DNA of 64,000 nucleotides, taken from NCBI GenBank assembly GCA_964016885.1, contig OZ024748.1:45012001-45076000 (forward strand). The letters are read 5' to 3'. The notes beneath the pieces were generated by a model. The model made no database searches. It was not told the DNA's origin and worked only from the letters and a program-made list of their open reading frames with translations. The stretch is from Eledone cirrhosa. Taxonomy: Eukaryota. Shown here piece by piece: positions 23,860-37,058 of this stretch (positions within the stretch are counted from its first letter, which is position 1; the number at the start of each line of letters is the position of its first letter). A program made the position numbers and the translations under genes.

Positions 23860-24605
23860 TGTATATGTACATACATATATGTGTACAAACGCACAGTAGT
23901 ATGTATATATATATACATACGTGCACAAATATATATATATATTTATATATGTACGTATGGGTTTACCGAACATTTATTATAATGTTCCGTTTGTTTGTAA
24001 ACAAACAGCCCGAATTACGCCGTACAGTGTTTAGCAACCATCGTTGCCCTTTTGTTCAACACTAACACAGGAACGATGTACGAGTGTCAAGCTTATTAGT
24101 TATCGTCAGCATCGTATACCTTTCTGTCAGATGATTGAACGTCTGAAAGTATATACTATCCTTATGCATATTAACGGCTGAGCAGTCTAATTTGCATATC
24201 GAGTGAGTTCAGTCGGCCGAGCACACCGAAAACGATAAATGGAATAGAATGAAACGAAATTTCATTATTCACTCTTAGTACGGCTGATACCTAAATATAA
24301 GTATGCATGCGTACATACATATATGTGTACAGACGCACAGTAGTATGTATATATATACATACATGCACACATATATATATGTACGTATGGGTTCACCGAA
24401 CATTTATTATAATGTTCGGTTTGTTTGTAAACAAACAGCCCGAATTGCGCCGTACAGTGCTCGGCAACTATCGTCGCCCTTTTGTTCAACACTGACACAG
24501 GAACGATGTTGAACAAAAGGGCGACGATAGTTGCCGAGCACTGTACGGCTTAATTCGGGCTGTTTGTTTACAAACAAACCGAACATTATAATAAATGTTC
24601 GGTAT
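23860..24605 (-). mobile_element. Second copy of the hammerhead tandem element (430-bp unit) with terminal inversion
   Basis: Reverse complement of the 16042-16836 family; degenerate hammerhead 24073-24115 (CTGACGA..GACA); inversion at 24508/24509. Confidence 0.8.
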
Positions 24606-24611
24606 ATGAAC

Positions 24612-24987
24612 ATAAAACTATTAATAAAATAACAAATAATAATTGAAATCAGCAATGGGGGGGGGGGGGGGGGGGCGTTACACGGGGGTTGTACACACCC
24701 CGAAAAAATGTACCACTCTCATCTCCAGGAGCACCAAGAGTGAGTACTCCCTTCCTCTCTTCCTCTTTTTTCTCAACCTACAGGCTTATATAGAGAGAAG
24801 GCCCAACCACTCGGGCCATCTTTGCCACATTCACCCACTTTTTATAAAATTTGCTGGGGTACAGCACCTCTCTCTCCATTCCTGATTCTTCTTCCAAAAT
24901 GATATTTGAAAAAACGAATCAGTTGTTCGCCGGAGAGAAAGGTGTCTCACCTCAGCCCTTTTAACCTCGTCCACCATATAACCTCTT
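24612..24987 (-). mobile_element. Diverged Tx1-family 3' fragment
   Basis: Reverse complement AAGAGGTTATATGGTGGACGAGG..AGAATCAGGAATGGAGAGAGAGGTGCTG aligns to 14584-14880. Confidence 0.75.
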
Positions 24988-25061
24988 GGATGGGTAGATA
25001 CATAGATAGACAGACAGGCAGATAGATAGATACATAGGTATAGTAGAAAAATAAATAGATA

Positions 25062-26975
25062 TGTTTCTTTTATTTGCCACTAGGGCATCAAAAGTGGGAC
25101 AAGTACAAAGGGGGGAGTTTACACAAAAAGGCGTCCTCAATAAGGAGGAGGCAATAACAAAATATAAAAATAAAATAAGATATAACAAAAAATAAAATTT
25201 TTAACAAAATCCTCAATAGAGAGGAGGCGCCTTGGGGGGTCGCACACACCCCCGAAAAAAGTGTGCAACCATTCTCCTCAGGAGCACAGAGAAGGGGTGC
25301 TCCCTTGGTCTTTCATCTTCCTCACCTATAGTCTGATGTAGAGTGAAGGCCCATTCACACGGGCCATTCTCGCCACTTTCACCCATCTTTCATAGAAACG
25401 GCTGGGGTGCAGCACCTCTCTCTCCATCCTGATCCTTCTTCCGAAATGATATCGGAAGAAACGGACCAGTTGTTGGCCAGAGAGAAAGGTGCCTGACCTC
25501 AGTCCTTTCAGACGCGTCCACCATACAACCTCTTTCGCCATGGCTATTACGCACAGAAACACCGCCTCTGCTTCATCTTTGAAGGGGGGAGGCGGCTTGA
25601 TCATTACAATAGACTCGGTGGTCAACCGGATCGGTCCCACCCTTGACAGCAGTTGTTCGACATAGCCCCACAGATCGGCTACGCCCGAGCAGTGTACCAA
25701 TGCGTGTGCAACGGTTTCCTCGTCGCACACGCATCTGGGACAGATCTTTTTGGCGGGGTCCCTACCCGGGCGCCCGTGTCTGTAGAGCCTTTCTCGAACG
25801 GGTAAAGCCCCTCGGTAGCACTGCCAGGCCAGGGACTTCTGGAAGTTGTCCATAGGTCCCGGGCTGAATGTCCTACCGAACAGGCTGGCCAGTTCGTCCT
25901 CCTCCATGTCTAGGGCTTCTCCGAGGGCGTCGTCGCACCTGCTGCGTACCATCCCTCTATAGAATGTTGCGGTGGAGTCTCCACTGATAACCGGATCCGC
26001 CTGCCAGAGGGCGGTGAGCGCCTGGGCACACTCAGTGTGCCAGGCGCCCAGTTTTCTCGGTCTTTGCTTGACCCAGGATTGCAGCTCGGTGAGTGAGACG
26101 AGTCTGGGAAAGGTTCGTCTCACAAACGAGGCCCACACCGGTTGTCCGGTGAGGAATACGTAGAGGTGCCGTAGCCTTAATGCGTGTTTACACATTATTA
26201 GCCACGGCATCCCCAGCCCTCCTTTCGAAGGGTGTTGACAGCAGATGGATCTCCTCACCATAGGAGCCCGCCTCTTCCAAAGGAATTGGAAGAGCGCGCG
26301 CTCCATCTTGGTGAGGGTTTCCCTTGGGCAGGGCACTACGGTCAGGCGGTAGTAGATGACGGACGCTATGTAGGTGTTCGCCACCTCCGCCCGACCTTTC
26401 AGGGATAGTTTGCAACTGGCCCACTTCTGGGTCAGTGCAAACACCCTGTTCGTAACCTCCGCCCAGTTTTTCTCCACCTGGAGGTCCGGTCCGAACCAGA
26501 CCCCGAGCAACTTCACCGGGCCCTCCGTCCAGCGTCCGACGACGCCATCGGAGGGCATCGGTCTGCCCCTCCACGTGCCGAGTTGCAAACCGATCGACTT
26601 GTCCCGGTTCAGCTTAGCCCCTGTGAACTTTTCGTACTCCTCCAGTAAGGTGCCGACCGCCTCGATTTCGGAGGCCGTCGACACCATTACTGTCACGTCA
26701 TCGGCGTAGGCCGACACCGCTTTCCGCAATCCCGGTTCCAAAGGGATGCCCTGCAACAACTCCAACTTCCGCAGTAGTGGCTCGAGAGTCAACACATACA
26801 GAAGGGAGGAGAGAGGGCACCCTTGTCGGATGGACCGCGCGATTTTGAACGGCTCCGAGAGGTAGCCGTTCACCTTGACCCTAGAGCAGATGCGGCTGCT
26901 GTGCATAGCAGTGATCCAGCCCCTGAAAACGGGTCCGAAGCCTGCCGCCGCTAGCACCGCATCCAGGTAACCATG
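25062..26975 (-). mobile_element. 5'-truncated, nearly identical copy of the full-length Tx1-like LINE
   Basis: ORF 25326-26957 differs from the C-terminal half of ORF2p at only about 4 residues; nearly identical 3'UTR; duplication GAAAAATAAATAGATA at 25046-25061 and 26975-26990. Confidence 0.95.
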
Positions 26976-27192
26976 AAAAATAAATAGATAGATAGGTAGA
27001 TAGGTAAGTAGATAGATAGATTAGTAGAAAACTAAAAAGATAGATAGATAGATAGATTAGTAGAAAAATAAATAGATAGGTAGGTAGATAGGTAGATATA
27101 TAGCTAGATAGATAGATTAGTAGAAAAATAAATAGATAGATAGGAAGATAGGTAGATAGATAGATAGATAGATTAGTAGAAAAATAAATAGT
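26976..27192. repeat. (GATA)n-rich minisatellite
   Basis: Repeats of GATAGATAGATTAGTAGAAAAATAAATA. Confidence 0.9.
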
Positions 27193-27485
27193 CATAAAGA
27201 GGCAAAGAAGTAATGAAAGTAAGTTCAATGCTATTAGGAGAAAAAAACAAACAAAAAACGTGTTGATAATGTTTTAAGTGAAATATTTTAATAAGATGTT
27301 AATTAGTGAGTACTTAACTGGCTTCATATAATTACATTATACTTCATTTGATATGCATAATTATAATAATTATTATTAACATGGTGACATTTCAGGTGTT
27401 TAAGTCTTTTGTTAGATCGGTCTTATATTATTTGGTTATGTATACTCATACATACATGTACAAATATATATTCAAATATATATAC

Positions 27486-27651
<166 letters not shown>

Positions 27652-27697
27652 TGTCTGGGTATATTGATATATTTGCCAACGAAACTATATATATATG

Positions 27698-27731
<34 letters not shown>

Positions 27732-27771
27732 TAAATACATATACATATACATATATATATATATGTATGTA

Positions 27772-27834
<63 letters not shown>

Positions 27835-27973
27835 AAGCAAAAGGGATATTCAATTTATTGATAATTCAACAAATATAAATGTTTATAACTGATTCAAAGC
27901 ACTCGATATGTTTTCTGGAGTATAATATTCAATGATATTAAATAAATGGAAACTATATTTATAAAACCATATT

Positions 27974-28034
27974 TATTCTATTATATATATTTCAAGAATA
28001 CCAAAACTTTGGTACGCTCTCATCAGATAAAATA
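27974..28034 (-). ncRNA. Minimal type-I hammerhead ribozyme
   Basis: Reverse complement TATTTTAT-CTGATGA-GAGCGTACCAAA(GT)TTTGGTATTCTT-GAAA-TATAT-ATA-ATAGAATA. Confidence 0.82.
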
Positions 28035-28139
28035 CGAAGTGTATTTTATAAATATTGACATACCCAGGAATGATACCTTAACGGTTCAAATTTTTCCTGG
28101 ATAGTCCAGGATATGTCAATATTTTTAAAACAAACTTTG

Positions 28140-28200
28140 TACTTTATCTGATGAGGTTGTATCAAAGTTTTCGTACCCTTGAAATATATATAATAGAATA
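28140..28200 (+). ncRNA. Minimal type-I hammerhead ribozyme (weaker stem II)
   Basis: TACTTTAT-CTGATGA-GGTTGTATCAAAGTTTTCGTACCCTT-GAAA-TATAT-ATA-ATAGAATA. Confidence 0.7.
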
Positions 28201-28253
28201 AATATGATTTTATAAATATAGTTTCCATTTATTTAATATCATTGTATATATAC

Positions 28254-28356
<103 letters not shown>

Positions 28357-28446
28357 GTAATAATAATATATTTGAAGACTAAAATCCAAACTTTAATCTG
28401 TTATTTTAATAAATATATATAAAAATATAGTTTCCATTAATTAATA

Positions 28447-28541
<95 letters not shown>

Positions 28542-28804
28542 ACCCCTGGGCGAAACACGTGTAAGAGCTATATAAATATATGTTTTAACGGCTTGTAACT
28601 CTTTCATTCACTCATCCTTCTGCTTATTCCAACTCTGCTTAATCTTTACACTAAATATTAACTTTCTCTAATATTTAACCCTGATAACCTCAGCATTGGG
28701 CACACTACGCATCTGCTTTTGGCATGTAATATTCTGTATCGCACCTCTTCATATCTATCCTTTTCTATCCTCTCTTACGATACTATAACCCTATTATTAT
28801 TATT

Positions 28805-29081
28805 ATAAAATAAAGTACCAGTAATGCACTGAGTAATTGCTGGCCTTGTGCCAAAAGTAGAAACAATTATTATATATAGGTGGATTGGCAGTAATGGGTG
28901 GTGGATTGGCAGCATCGGTAGAGGGTCGGACGCCATGCTTTGACGCATAGAGTTACGGCCCCTGCCATTCTGAGTTCAAATCCCGCCGAAGTTAACTTTG
29001 CCTTTCATCCTTACGGGGCCGATAAAATAAAGTACCAGTAATGCACTGGGTAATTGCTGGCCTTGTGCCAAAAGTAGAAAC

Positions 29082-29088
<7 letters not shown>
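28805..29088 (+). mobile_element. Full tRNA-derived SINE (28898-29088) preceded by a 3' fragment
   Basis: A-box-like TGGCAGCATCGG, B box GAGTTCAAATCC, family core and tail. Confidence 0.88.
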
Positions 29089-29112
<24 letters not shown>

Positions 29113-29115
<3 letters not shown>

Positions 29116-31050
29116 AACCGGGGCGACTGGCCAAATAATTTTTACATTACAATGGGCTCCAGTGACTCCGCACAGCTAACGGACTTGGTTGGGATATACA
29201 TACTCTACGAGATCAGGAGAGAAATGCCCAACCTGGGTGGCGGGCTGTACCGAGACGATGCACTCTTCACCGTCGTGGACCGCAGCACCACAATGGTCGA
29301 AAATATGAAGAGGAGAATTAGACACTTGTTTAGCAAGGTAGGACTTAAAGTAGAGATTGAACCCAATAGAAAAGTAGTGAATTTCCTGGACACCACACTC
29401 AACCTCAACACCAAGCTACAACACCCATATCATAAACCAAATGAGAAGCTGGTGTATATCAACGCTGGGTCCAATTACCCTAGATCTATAGTTAAGGCCT
29501 TTGTTAAGAGTGTCTCTGACAGGATCTCTAACTTGTCTGCCAATAAAGAGATCTTCAATAGTAATGCTGATTATTATAACTCAGCGCTATCTAAGGCGTC
29601 CCACAGCCATAGGATCAGCTATAACCCCAAGGGACATGATCGAGATGACCCAAATGGTACCCCGGACCATTACCCTCAGGGGCATGAGTCGCCCACCTAA
29701 TACCTCGGTGACCAGTAGTAACACTCCTAGACCCCTATCCGTCACCACCCCCGGTAGAAGGTACCGCATACCCCACCGGTCTAATACCTACAACGCTGAA
29801 GACCACTGCGGTGTGGAGCATAGGCACCCCTGCACCGGCCGCACCACCCGCCGAATCCTAATTGAGCAGGGAGGCCGCACCGCGCAGCTTTATAGCCCCA
29901 CGGTGAGCCCATATAACCCTCATGATAGTGACCGCTCCGCACACCTGAGTGACACCAACCGAGCTCGACCTGAGCTGTGCACAACCCCACAATGGACCAC
30001 GGCGGACACCCAACAACCCCGCAAGAATAGGACCAGGAAGGTCACATGGTATAACCCCCCCCCCCCCCCCGTACTCGATGGGTCTACGTACCAACCTGGC
30101 TAGAACATTCTTTAGAGTACTGGATAAATGTTTCCCTAGGGCCCACAAGTACCATAAAATATTCAACAGGCACACGGGGAAACTTTCTTACTCAACCACA
30201 CGCTCCGTAGCCCAACACATAGCCGGCATAAATGGGAATAGGCTCACTGCCTCTGATACCACCGTAAACCACGGAGCCACCTAACGGAACCAGCACGCGG
30301 GACACACCAGACCCCGGACAGGCCCAACTAGCACACCGGAACCCAACGACCCTGTACTGATTGCGCCGGAAACCCATCCAACCACGAGTGATGGTAACCA
30401 CGCGGTACATGTGCTGGGGCTTAAGAAGTCATGCAATTGCAGAGACCCATCACTATGCCCCCTTAGTAATGAATGCATGACGAAAAACGTAGTCTACAGG
30501 TGTAAGGTCACAACCCCTAACTCGGAGCACCACTACATAGGATCTACGGCGATGAGCTTCAAAGATAGGTGGTATAACCATCACCATTCCTTTAACAGAA
30601 TAGAAAAGAGGAAATGTACGGTCCTTTCTGAAGTGATCTGGAAACTTAAACTTGAAAAGACCCCGCACTATCTGGTCTGGTCCGTGGTTAGAAAGGTTCC
30701 CCCAAACAGAGGCGGGTCTGGTATTTGCAACCTCTGTCTTAGTGAGACACTCGAGATACATCATGGCGGAACCAAGCTATTAAACAGAAGGGCCGACTTA
30801 TTCGGCGCCTGCAGACACATAAGGACGGGAAATTTATCAAGCTATATGGATAAACCGCAGTTAAGGCCTCTCACAACGCCCCCCCTGTAGGTCCCCTATA
30901 TGATGACCAATGGACAACAACAGCCACCCATAGTTTGTGGTCCCTACGGTGGATTGTCCACCGGATCCTCTACTGGTTAGGAGTCAACAAAACCACGTTT
31001 ATTGAACCTGAGGAAGCCCCTCCCCCGGGAGTGGCCCACACAGGAAGAAC
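29113..31050 (+). mobile_element. 5'-truncated, frameshifted Penelope-like element (RT C-terminal half plus C-terminal GIY-YIG)
   Basis: ITMGS..GLYRDD..VNFLDTTLNL..YHKP..YINAGSNYP; RKVTWYNPP; KIFNRHTGKLSYS; CNCRDPSLCPLSNEC..VVYRC..YIGST..CNLCLSE..LLNRR. Confidence 0.9.
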
Positions 31051-32139
31051 AATTATCCCAAGGTACTAACCCTATATGCATGAATGAGTGCCCACAACCG
31101 TGCATTGTGTGTGTATATTGGGATTACGTGAATGTACACACTCATGTGAACCCAACGAAATACTAATACCCCAGGTTGCATTTGAAAAATGTTCGAGTGT
31201 ATGCTTAAGAGTATATTTGTATATGCTATCTTGTATGAGTGCACATGTGTATATAGACATACACGCGCATCCAGAGGTATAAAAGTGTGGGTGGGTATAT
31301 ATGTCTGTACTAAGGGATTCGCCTAAGCTCCAAAGCCCCCAAGCTATTGCTGTGAAGATATATATCACACTCTACTTTTCTCTAGTCTAAACAATAACTT
31401 TTCCAAACACCCACTTTACTTTTCTTTAAAAATAACACCCACCTAGTTTTATGTCTGCCTTATACTTTGATTTGGGGGCCTCTTGTATATATATATATGC
31501 CCTTGTGCGTACATATATATATATACGCACCTGTATGGATTTGTGTGTGTAGATGTGTGTGTGTGTCTGATGGGGTAGGTGTGAGTGTATGTACAAATCA
31601 ACCAACATAAGTCTTTTTATTTCTAAAATTTCTAAACTTTCTAAGTATTTGACTCTAACCATAAATTTCAGTATTACCACCCCACATTAATTCCTCAATT
31701 TGCATGTGTGGATGTGTGTGTGTGTGTCTGTGGGGGTGGGTGTGAGTGTATGTGCAAGTCAACCAACATACGTCTTTTTATATGTAAATTTTCTAGTATT
31801 CTACTCTAACCATAATTTTGAGTAGCACCACTCCACATAAATTCCTCAATTTAAGAATGACCTGTAGTATCGAATTTCATACTATAGCCCTCAATTAAAT
31901 ATATATCTGATCAGGAATGCTTTTTGGTAAAATCAGTCATATGGAACTATTGTCATCTTGCCTGACGGTTTGAACTTTACAACACCACCTGCCTCTTTGA
32001 GGTAAAATACCAACCCTACTAGCATCTACAAACTGACCAATGAGAATTAAGACTATTCCTGCTGACAACATTAAATTATTCCTAACAAGCTCATATGTCC
32101 CAAGGCTCTGATACCATCAACACCATAAACACAGCTGGC

Positions 32140-32229
<90 letters not shown>

Positions 32230-32363
32230 CTGGACCCAGAAATAGCCGTCGAAACGGCTTGAGCTCTGCCGTCGGGGTTAAACATTTTCCTATTACCCAC
32301 TCTACTACCCTAAGAATATGGTGCGATATGGTCTCCATCTGTTTCCTTACCACACCTCCTTCG

Positions 32364-32409
<46 letters not shown>

Positions 32410-32510
32410 ATGAGAAGAAAGAAGAATACTGCGTGGTTTGCACATGGGTTTCATATGATAAAAATAGTCCTTCGTCAGTGATTTTCCAACCATCATTGGT
32501 ATTTCAACGC

Positions 32511-32556
<46 letters not shown>

Positions 32557-32929
32557 AACACATGCATATATATGTATGTATATATATAAAGAGAGAGTGG
32601 TCGGTAAAATCCCGGCCGGTATCATATATCATATATATATACGAGAAGTCTCTCAACGTTGTGTGGGCGTAGTGGGCGGGTTCTAATTGTACTTTGGTGA
32701 GGGGGGGGGGGGATATTGTAGGCGGGGTGGGGTGGGGGAAGTCCTGCACCAGTTACCATGGTGGCAATAACAACAGTAGCAGCAACAATAACAACATTAT
32801 ATATATATATATATATATATTATATAAACATTATATATTTATATATATGTATATATATACATTATATATTTATACATATGCAGGTAATGTAACGTAATAT
32901 ATATATACTCCTCACATATAAATATATAT

Positions 32930-32979
<50 letters not shown>

Positions 32980-32985
32980 AGTATG

Positions 32986-33085
<100 letters not shown>

Positions 33086-33101
33086 TGTGTAAATATATAT
33101 A

Positions 33102-33195
<94 letters not shown>

Positions 33196-33281
33196 TATAT
33201 TCATAGATTTTGGTAATGATGATGATGAAATCGATATTATCTGGAAGAAGACAGAATTAATCAAATGTCTCAGAAACACCA

Positions 33282-33343
33282 ATGCTGCTGCTGTTGTTGT
33301 TGTTGCTGCTGTTGTTGTTGGTGTTGTTGTTGTTGGTGCTGCT

Positions 33344-33374
<31 letters not shown>

Positions 33375-33379
33375 GTGTT

Positions 33380-33410
<31 letters not shown>

Positions 33411-33884
33411 TTGTTGCTGCTGTTGTTGGTGTTGTTGTTGTTGCTGCTGTTGTTGCTGTTGTTGTTGCTGTTGTAGTTGCTGCTGTTGTTGTTGGTGCTG
33501 TTGATGTTGTTGTTGCTGTCGGTGCTGTTGTTGGTGTTGTTGTTGTTGCTGTCGTTGTTGTTGCTGCTGTTGTTGGTGCTGTTGCTGTTGTTGTTGCTGC
33601 TATTGTTGTTGGTGTTGTTGCTGTTGTCGTTGCTGTTGTTGTTGTTGTTGTTGTTGGTGTTCTTGTTGTTGCTGTTGTTGCTGTTGTTGGTGTTCTTGTT
33701 GTTGCTGTTGTTGCTGTTGTTGCTGTTGTTGGTGCTGTTGTTGTTGTTGTTGTAGTTGCTGTTGTTGTTTTTGCTGTTGTTGCTGTAGCTGCTGTTGTCG
33801 TTGCTGTTGTTGTTGTCGTTGTTGTTGCTGTTGTTGTTGTTGTTTTTGCTGCTGTTGTTGTTGTTGTTGCCGTCGTCGTCGTCG

Positions 33885-33958
<74 letters not shown>

Positions 33959-33960
33959 GC
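33282..33960. repeat. (GTT/GCT)n degenerate trinucleotide tract
   Basis: Direct inspection. Confidence 0.95.
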
Positions 33961-34176
33961 TTTAGAACCGAGAATGTTGTTATAGAAATGAAAAATTTCT
34001 TGGGTGATTTGTGATAAACTTTCTTTAGTAATGAAGCCAGTAGCAATAACAACAGTGGAGCTGTTGGTAAATATAGACCAGATTTAAGAAAGTATGGAAG
34101 ACTGGAAGTTTAGAATCCGTTTTGGGAGTTGTGGGAGTTGGTGGTGGGAATATTGAGTGGTTGTTGCGAAATTATC

Positions 34177-35308
34177 GCCACCACCATCACCATCATCTCT
34201 AATATCATCATCACCATCACTACCATCACCATCACCAACGCCATCACCACCACCATCATCACTATAATGATCATCATCATCACCATCACCATCAGCACTA
34301 CTAAAATTATTACCTTCATCACCAGTACCACCCTATACTCACTATCATTTTCATCATCATTATGATCATCATCCTCAAGACATCACCACCACCACCAGCA
34401 CCACTATCACCACCACCATCACCGATACCACCACCACCACCATCACCACCACCAGCACCACTATCACCACCACCATCACCGATACCACCACCACCACCAT
34501 CACCACCACCACCACCAACACCACCACCACCACTATCACCACCACCACCACCGATACCACAACCACCACCACTACCACCACTACCAACACCACCACCACC
34601 ACTATCACCACCACCACCACCGATACCACAACCACCACCACTACCACCACTACCAACACCACCACCACCACCACCACCACCACCACCAACACCACCACCA
34701 CCACCATCACCACCACCATCACCACCACCACTACCACCACCAACACCACCACCACCAATACCACCACCACCACCACCACCACCGTCACCACCACCACTAC
34801 CAACACTACCATCACCACCACCACTACCAACACTACCATCACCACCACCACTACCACCACCACCACCACTACCAACACTACCATCACCACCACCACTACC
34901 AACACTACCATCACCACCACCACTACCACCACCACCACCACTACCAACACTACCATCACCACCGCCACCACCACCATCACCACCACCACCACCACCACTA
35001 CCATCATCACTACCACTACCAACACTACCATCACCACCACCACTACCACCACCATCACCACCACCACTACCAACACTACCATCACCATCACCACTACCAC
35101 CACCACCATCACCACCACCACTACCAACACAACCATCACCATCACCACCACCAACACCACCACCACCACCAATACCACCACCACCACCACTACCAACACC
35201 ACCACCACCACCACCAATACCACCACCACTACCACCACCACCACTACCACTACCACCACCACCACTACCACTACCACCACCACTACCACCACTACCATCA
35301 CCACCACC
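34177..35308. repeat. (CAT/CAC)n degenerate trinucleotide tract
   Basis: Direct inspection. Confidence 0.95.
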
Positions 35309-36778
35309 AGAGTATTAGAGTTACTATAGACTACCCAAGCAAACACCCCAACCATCGATTACCTGTACTAGACACAGAGCTCTGGTTAGATACCATCAAT
35401 AACAAAAAACAAATCCTACATTCCCATTATGCCAAGCCCATGACTTCCAAATACCTGATCCACCGAAACTCAGCTGTTTCGAACCGTACCAAAATCAACA
35501 TACTGATTGCGGATTTGGTACGGGTGATGAGAAACGTGTCCCGCATGTGCAACCCCGAAGAACTAGAGAGACACATACAACACTTCATCCACCGTATGCA
35601 GTTCTCTGGTTACAATCAGAGAGATAAAATCAGCGTATATAGAGGAGCCAGAACCAAATGGGAAAAAATGGTAAATAACGACACTAATGGGACCTGCCCC
35701 TTGTATAGGAGCAAATTTTGGAATAGAATAGAAAGAACTAGGAATAAGGCTAATAGAATAAACTCATGGTATGATAGCAATAAATACCAGAGTGTAATGT
35801 TCATCGATACAACCCCTAGAGGTGAATTAGCTCACAAATTTAGAAGGGCCCTAGATAAACATAAACTCAATATTAAGATAGTAGAAAGACCAGGTACCTC
35901 CATAAAAACACTTATTAGCAATACATAACCTTTTCAAAGACCTCCCTGTATAGATAAGAAATGTATAATCTGTAAATTAAGCCCTCATATTAACTGTAAA
36001 ACTAGAAATGTAGTATATAGCATAAGATGTACTGAAGAACAATGTAGAGATAAACATATAGTGTACATAGGTGAGACAGCTCGTAGTATAGGGGAACAGA
36101 TAAATGAACACTGGCGAGACCTTCAAGATAGTAAAGAATCATCTGTACTCTACCAACATGCTAAAATAGAACATAAGGGTAAATTAGAGAACATATAAAT
36201 AAAAATAAAATCTACACATAGAAAAGACGCAATGTTTAGACAAATCACAGAGGCAATAAACATAAATGAACTCCAACCAAAATTAAATAGAAAACATGAG
36301 TGGAACAGCAACATCACAACTTACAATTAAGGACAAAATGAAAACACACACGCACATAGAACAAACAACCAACCAGTAACATGTAAATAAACAAATAAAT
36401 AAACGAATATAATCACACACAGACACCCGGATGTAACACATGCGCAAACTAAGCACACAACACACAAAAACAAGATGGCGTAGGACAGAACAAAGGAGAG
36501 GCACAAAAACAAAGAAAAGAATCCACAGTCACAGAAGAGGTCACAGAATGTGTGACGAAAGAACTTTGACAATATATAAACAATCATCTGGTTGTGGAAC
36601 TAACCAACCAACCAGAAATTTATAAATTCCTAAATTTATAAATTTATTATAATAAATTGAAGTGAAAGGAACTGGTGCGTGTGTTTCTTATTGGCAACAT
36701 GACCCTCCCAAAGTATAACAATATCGGTTTCAACACACGTTTTCAGATAAAGAATCTTGCTAAACAAATTCAGAAACG

Positions 36779-36780
<2 letters not shown>
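35309..36780 (+). mobile_element. 5'-truncated Penelope-like element (RT thumb, Cys-rich linker, GIY-YIG, 3' pseudo-LTR)
   Basis: LPVLDTELW..HYAKPMTS..SA..KINIL; after in-frame TAA 35926: CIDKKCIIC..NCKTRNVVYSIRC..C..VYIGETARS..EH..H..EAINI..LNRKHEW; 36495-36780 recurs at 62330-62620. Confidence 0.88.
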
Positions 36781-36829
<49 letters not shown>

Positions 36830-36835
36830 CACACA

Positions 36836-36953
<118 letters not shown>

Positions 36954-36993
36954 CTATATTAACAAATGGAAACTATATTTATAAAACCATATT

Positions 36994-37058
36994 TATTTCA
37001 TTATACATATTTCAAGGACACCAAGTTAAATTATGATGTGCTTTCATCAGATAAAATA
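36994..37058 (-). ncRNA. Minimal type-I hammerhead ribozyme
   Basis: Reverse complement of the 38074-38138 motif. Confidence 0.78.

Larger units (their letters stand above)
27930..28245. mobile_element. Palindromic element with two divergent hammerheads
   Basis: Inverted arms; hammerheads at 27974-28034 (-) and 28140-28200 (+). Confidence 0.8.

Noticed and set aside
28898-28990. tRNA gene
   Set aside because: A and B boxes belong to a SINE head; no cloverleaf, and the SINE body follows
32420-32510. CTGACGA/CTGATGA on the minus strand (also at 52190)
   Set aside because: Stem I does not pair and GAAA is missing in the second copy
34362-35318. Extensin-like proline-rich ORF
   Set aside because: Degenerate (CAC)n tract with no signal peptide, ending at a PLE junction
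35926-35928. Recoded stop (selenocysteine) in the PLE ORF
   Set aside because: Stops are TAA, not TGA; ordinary decay
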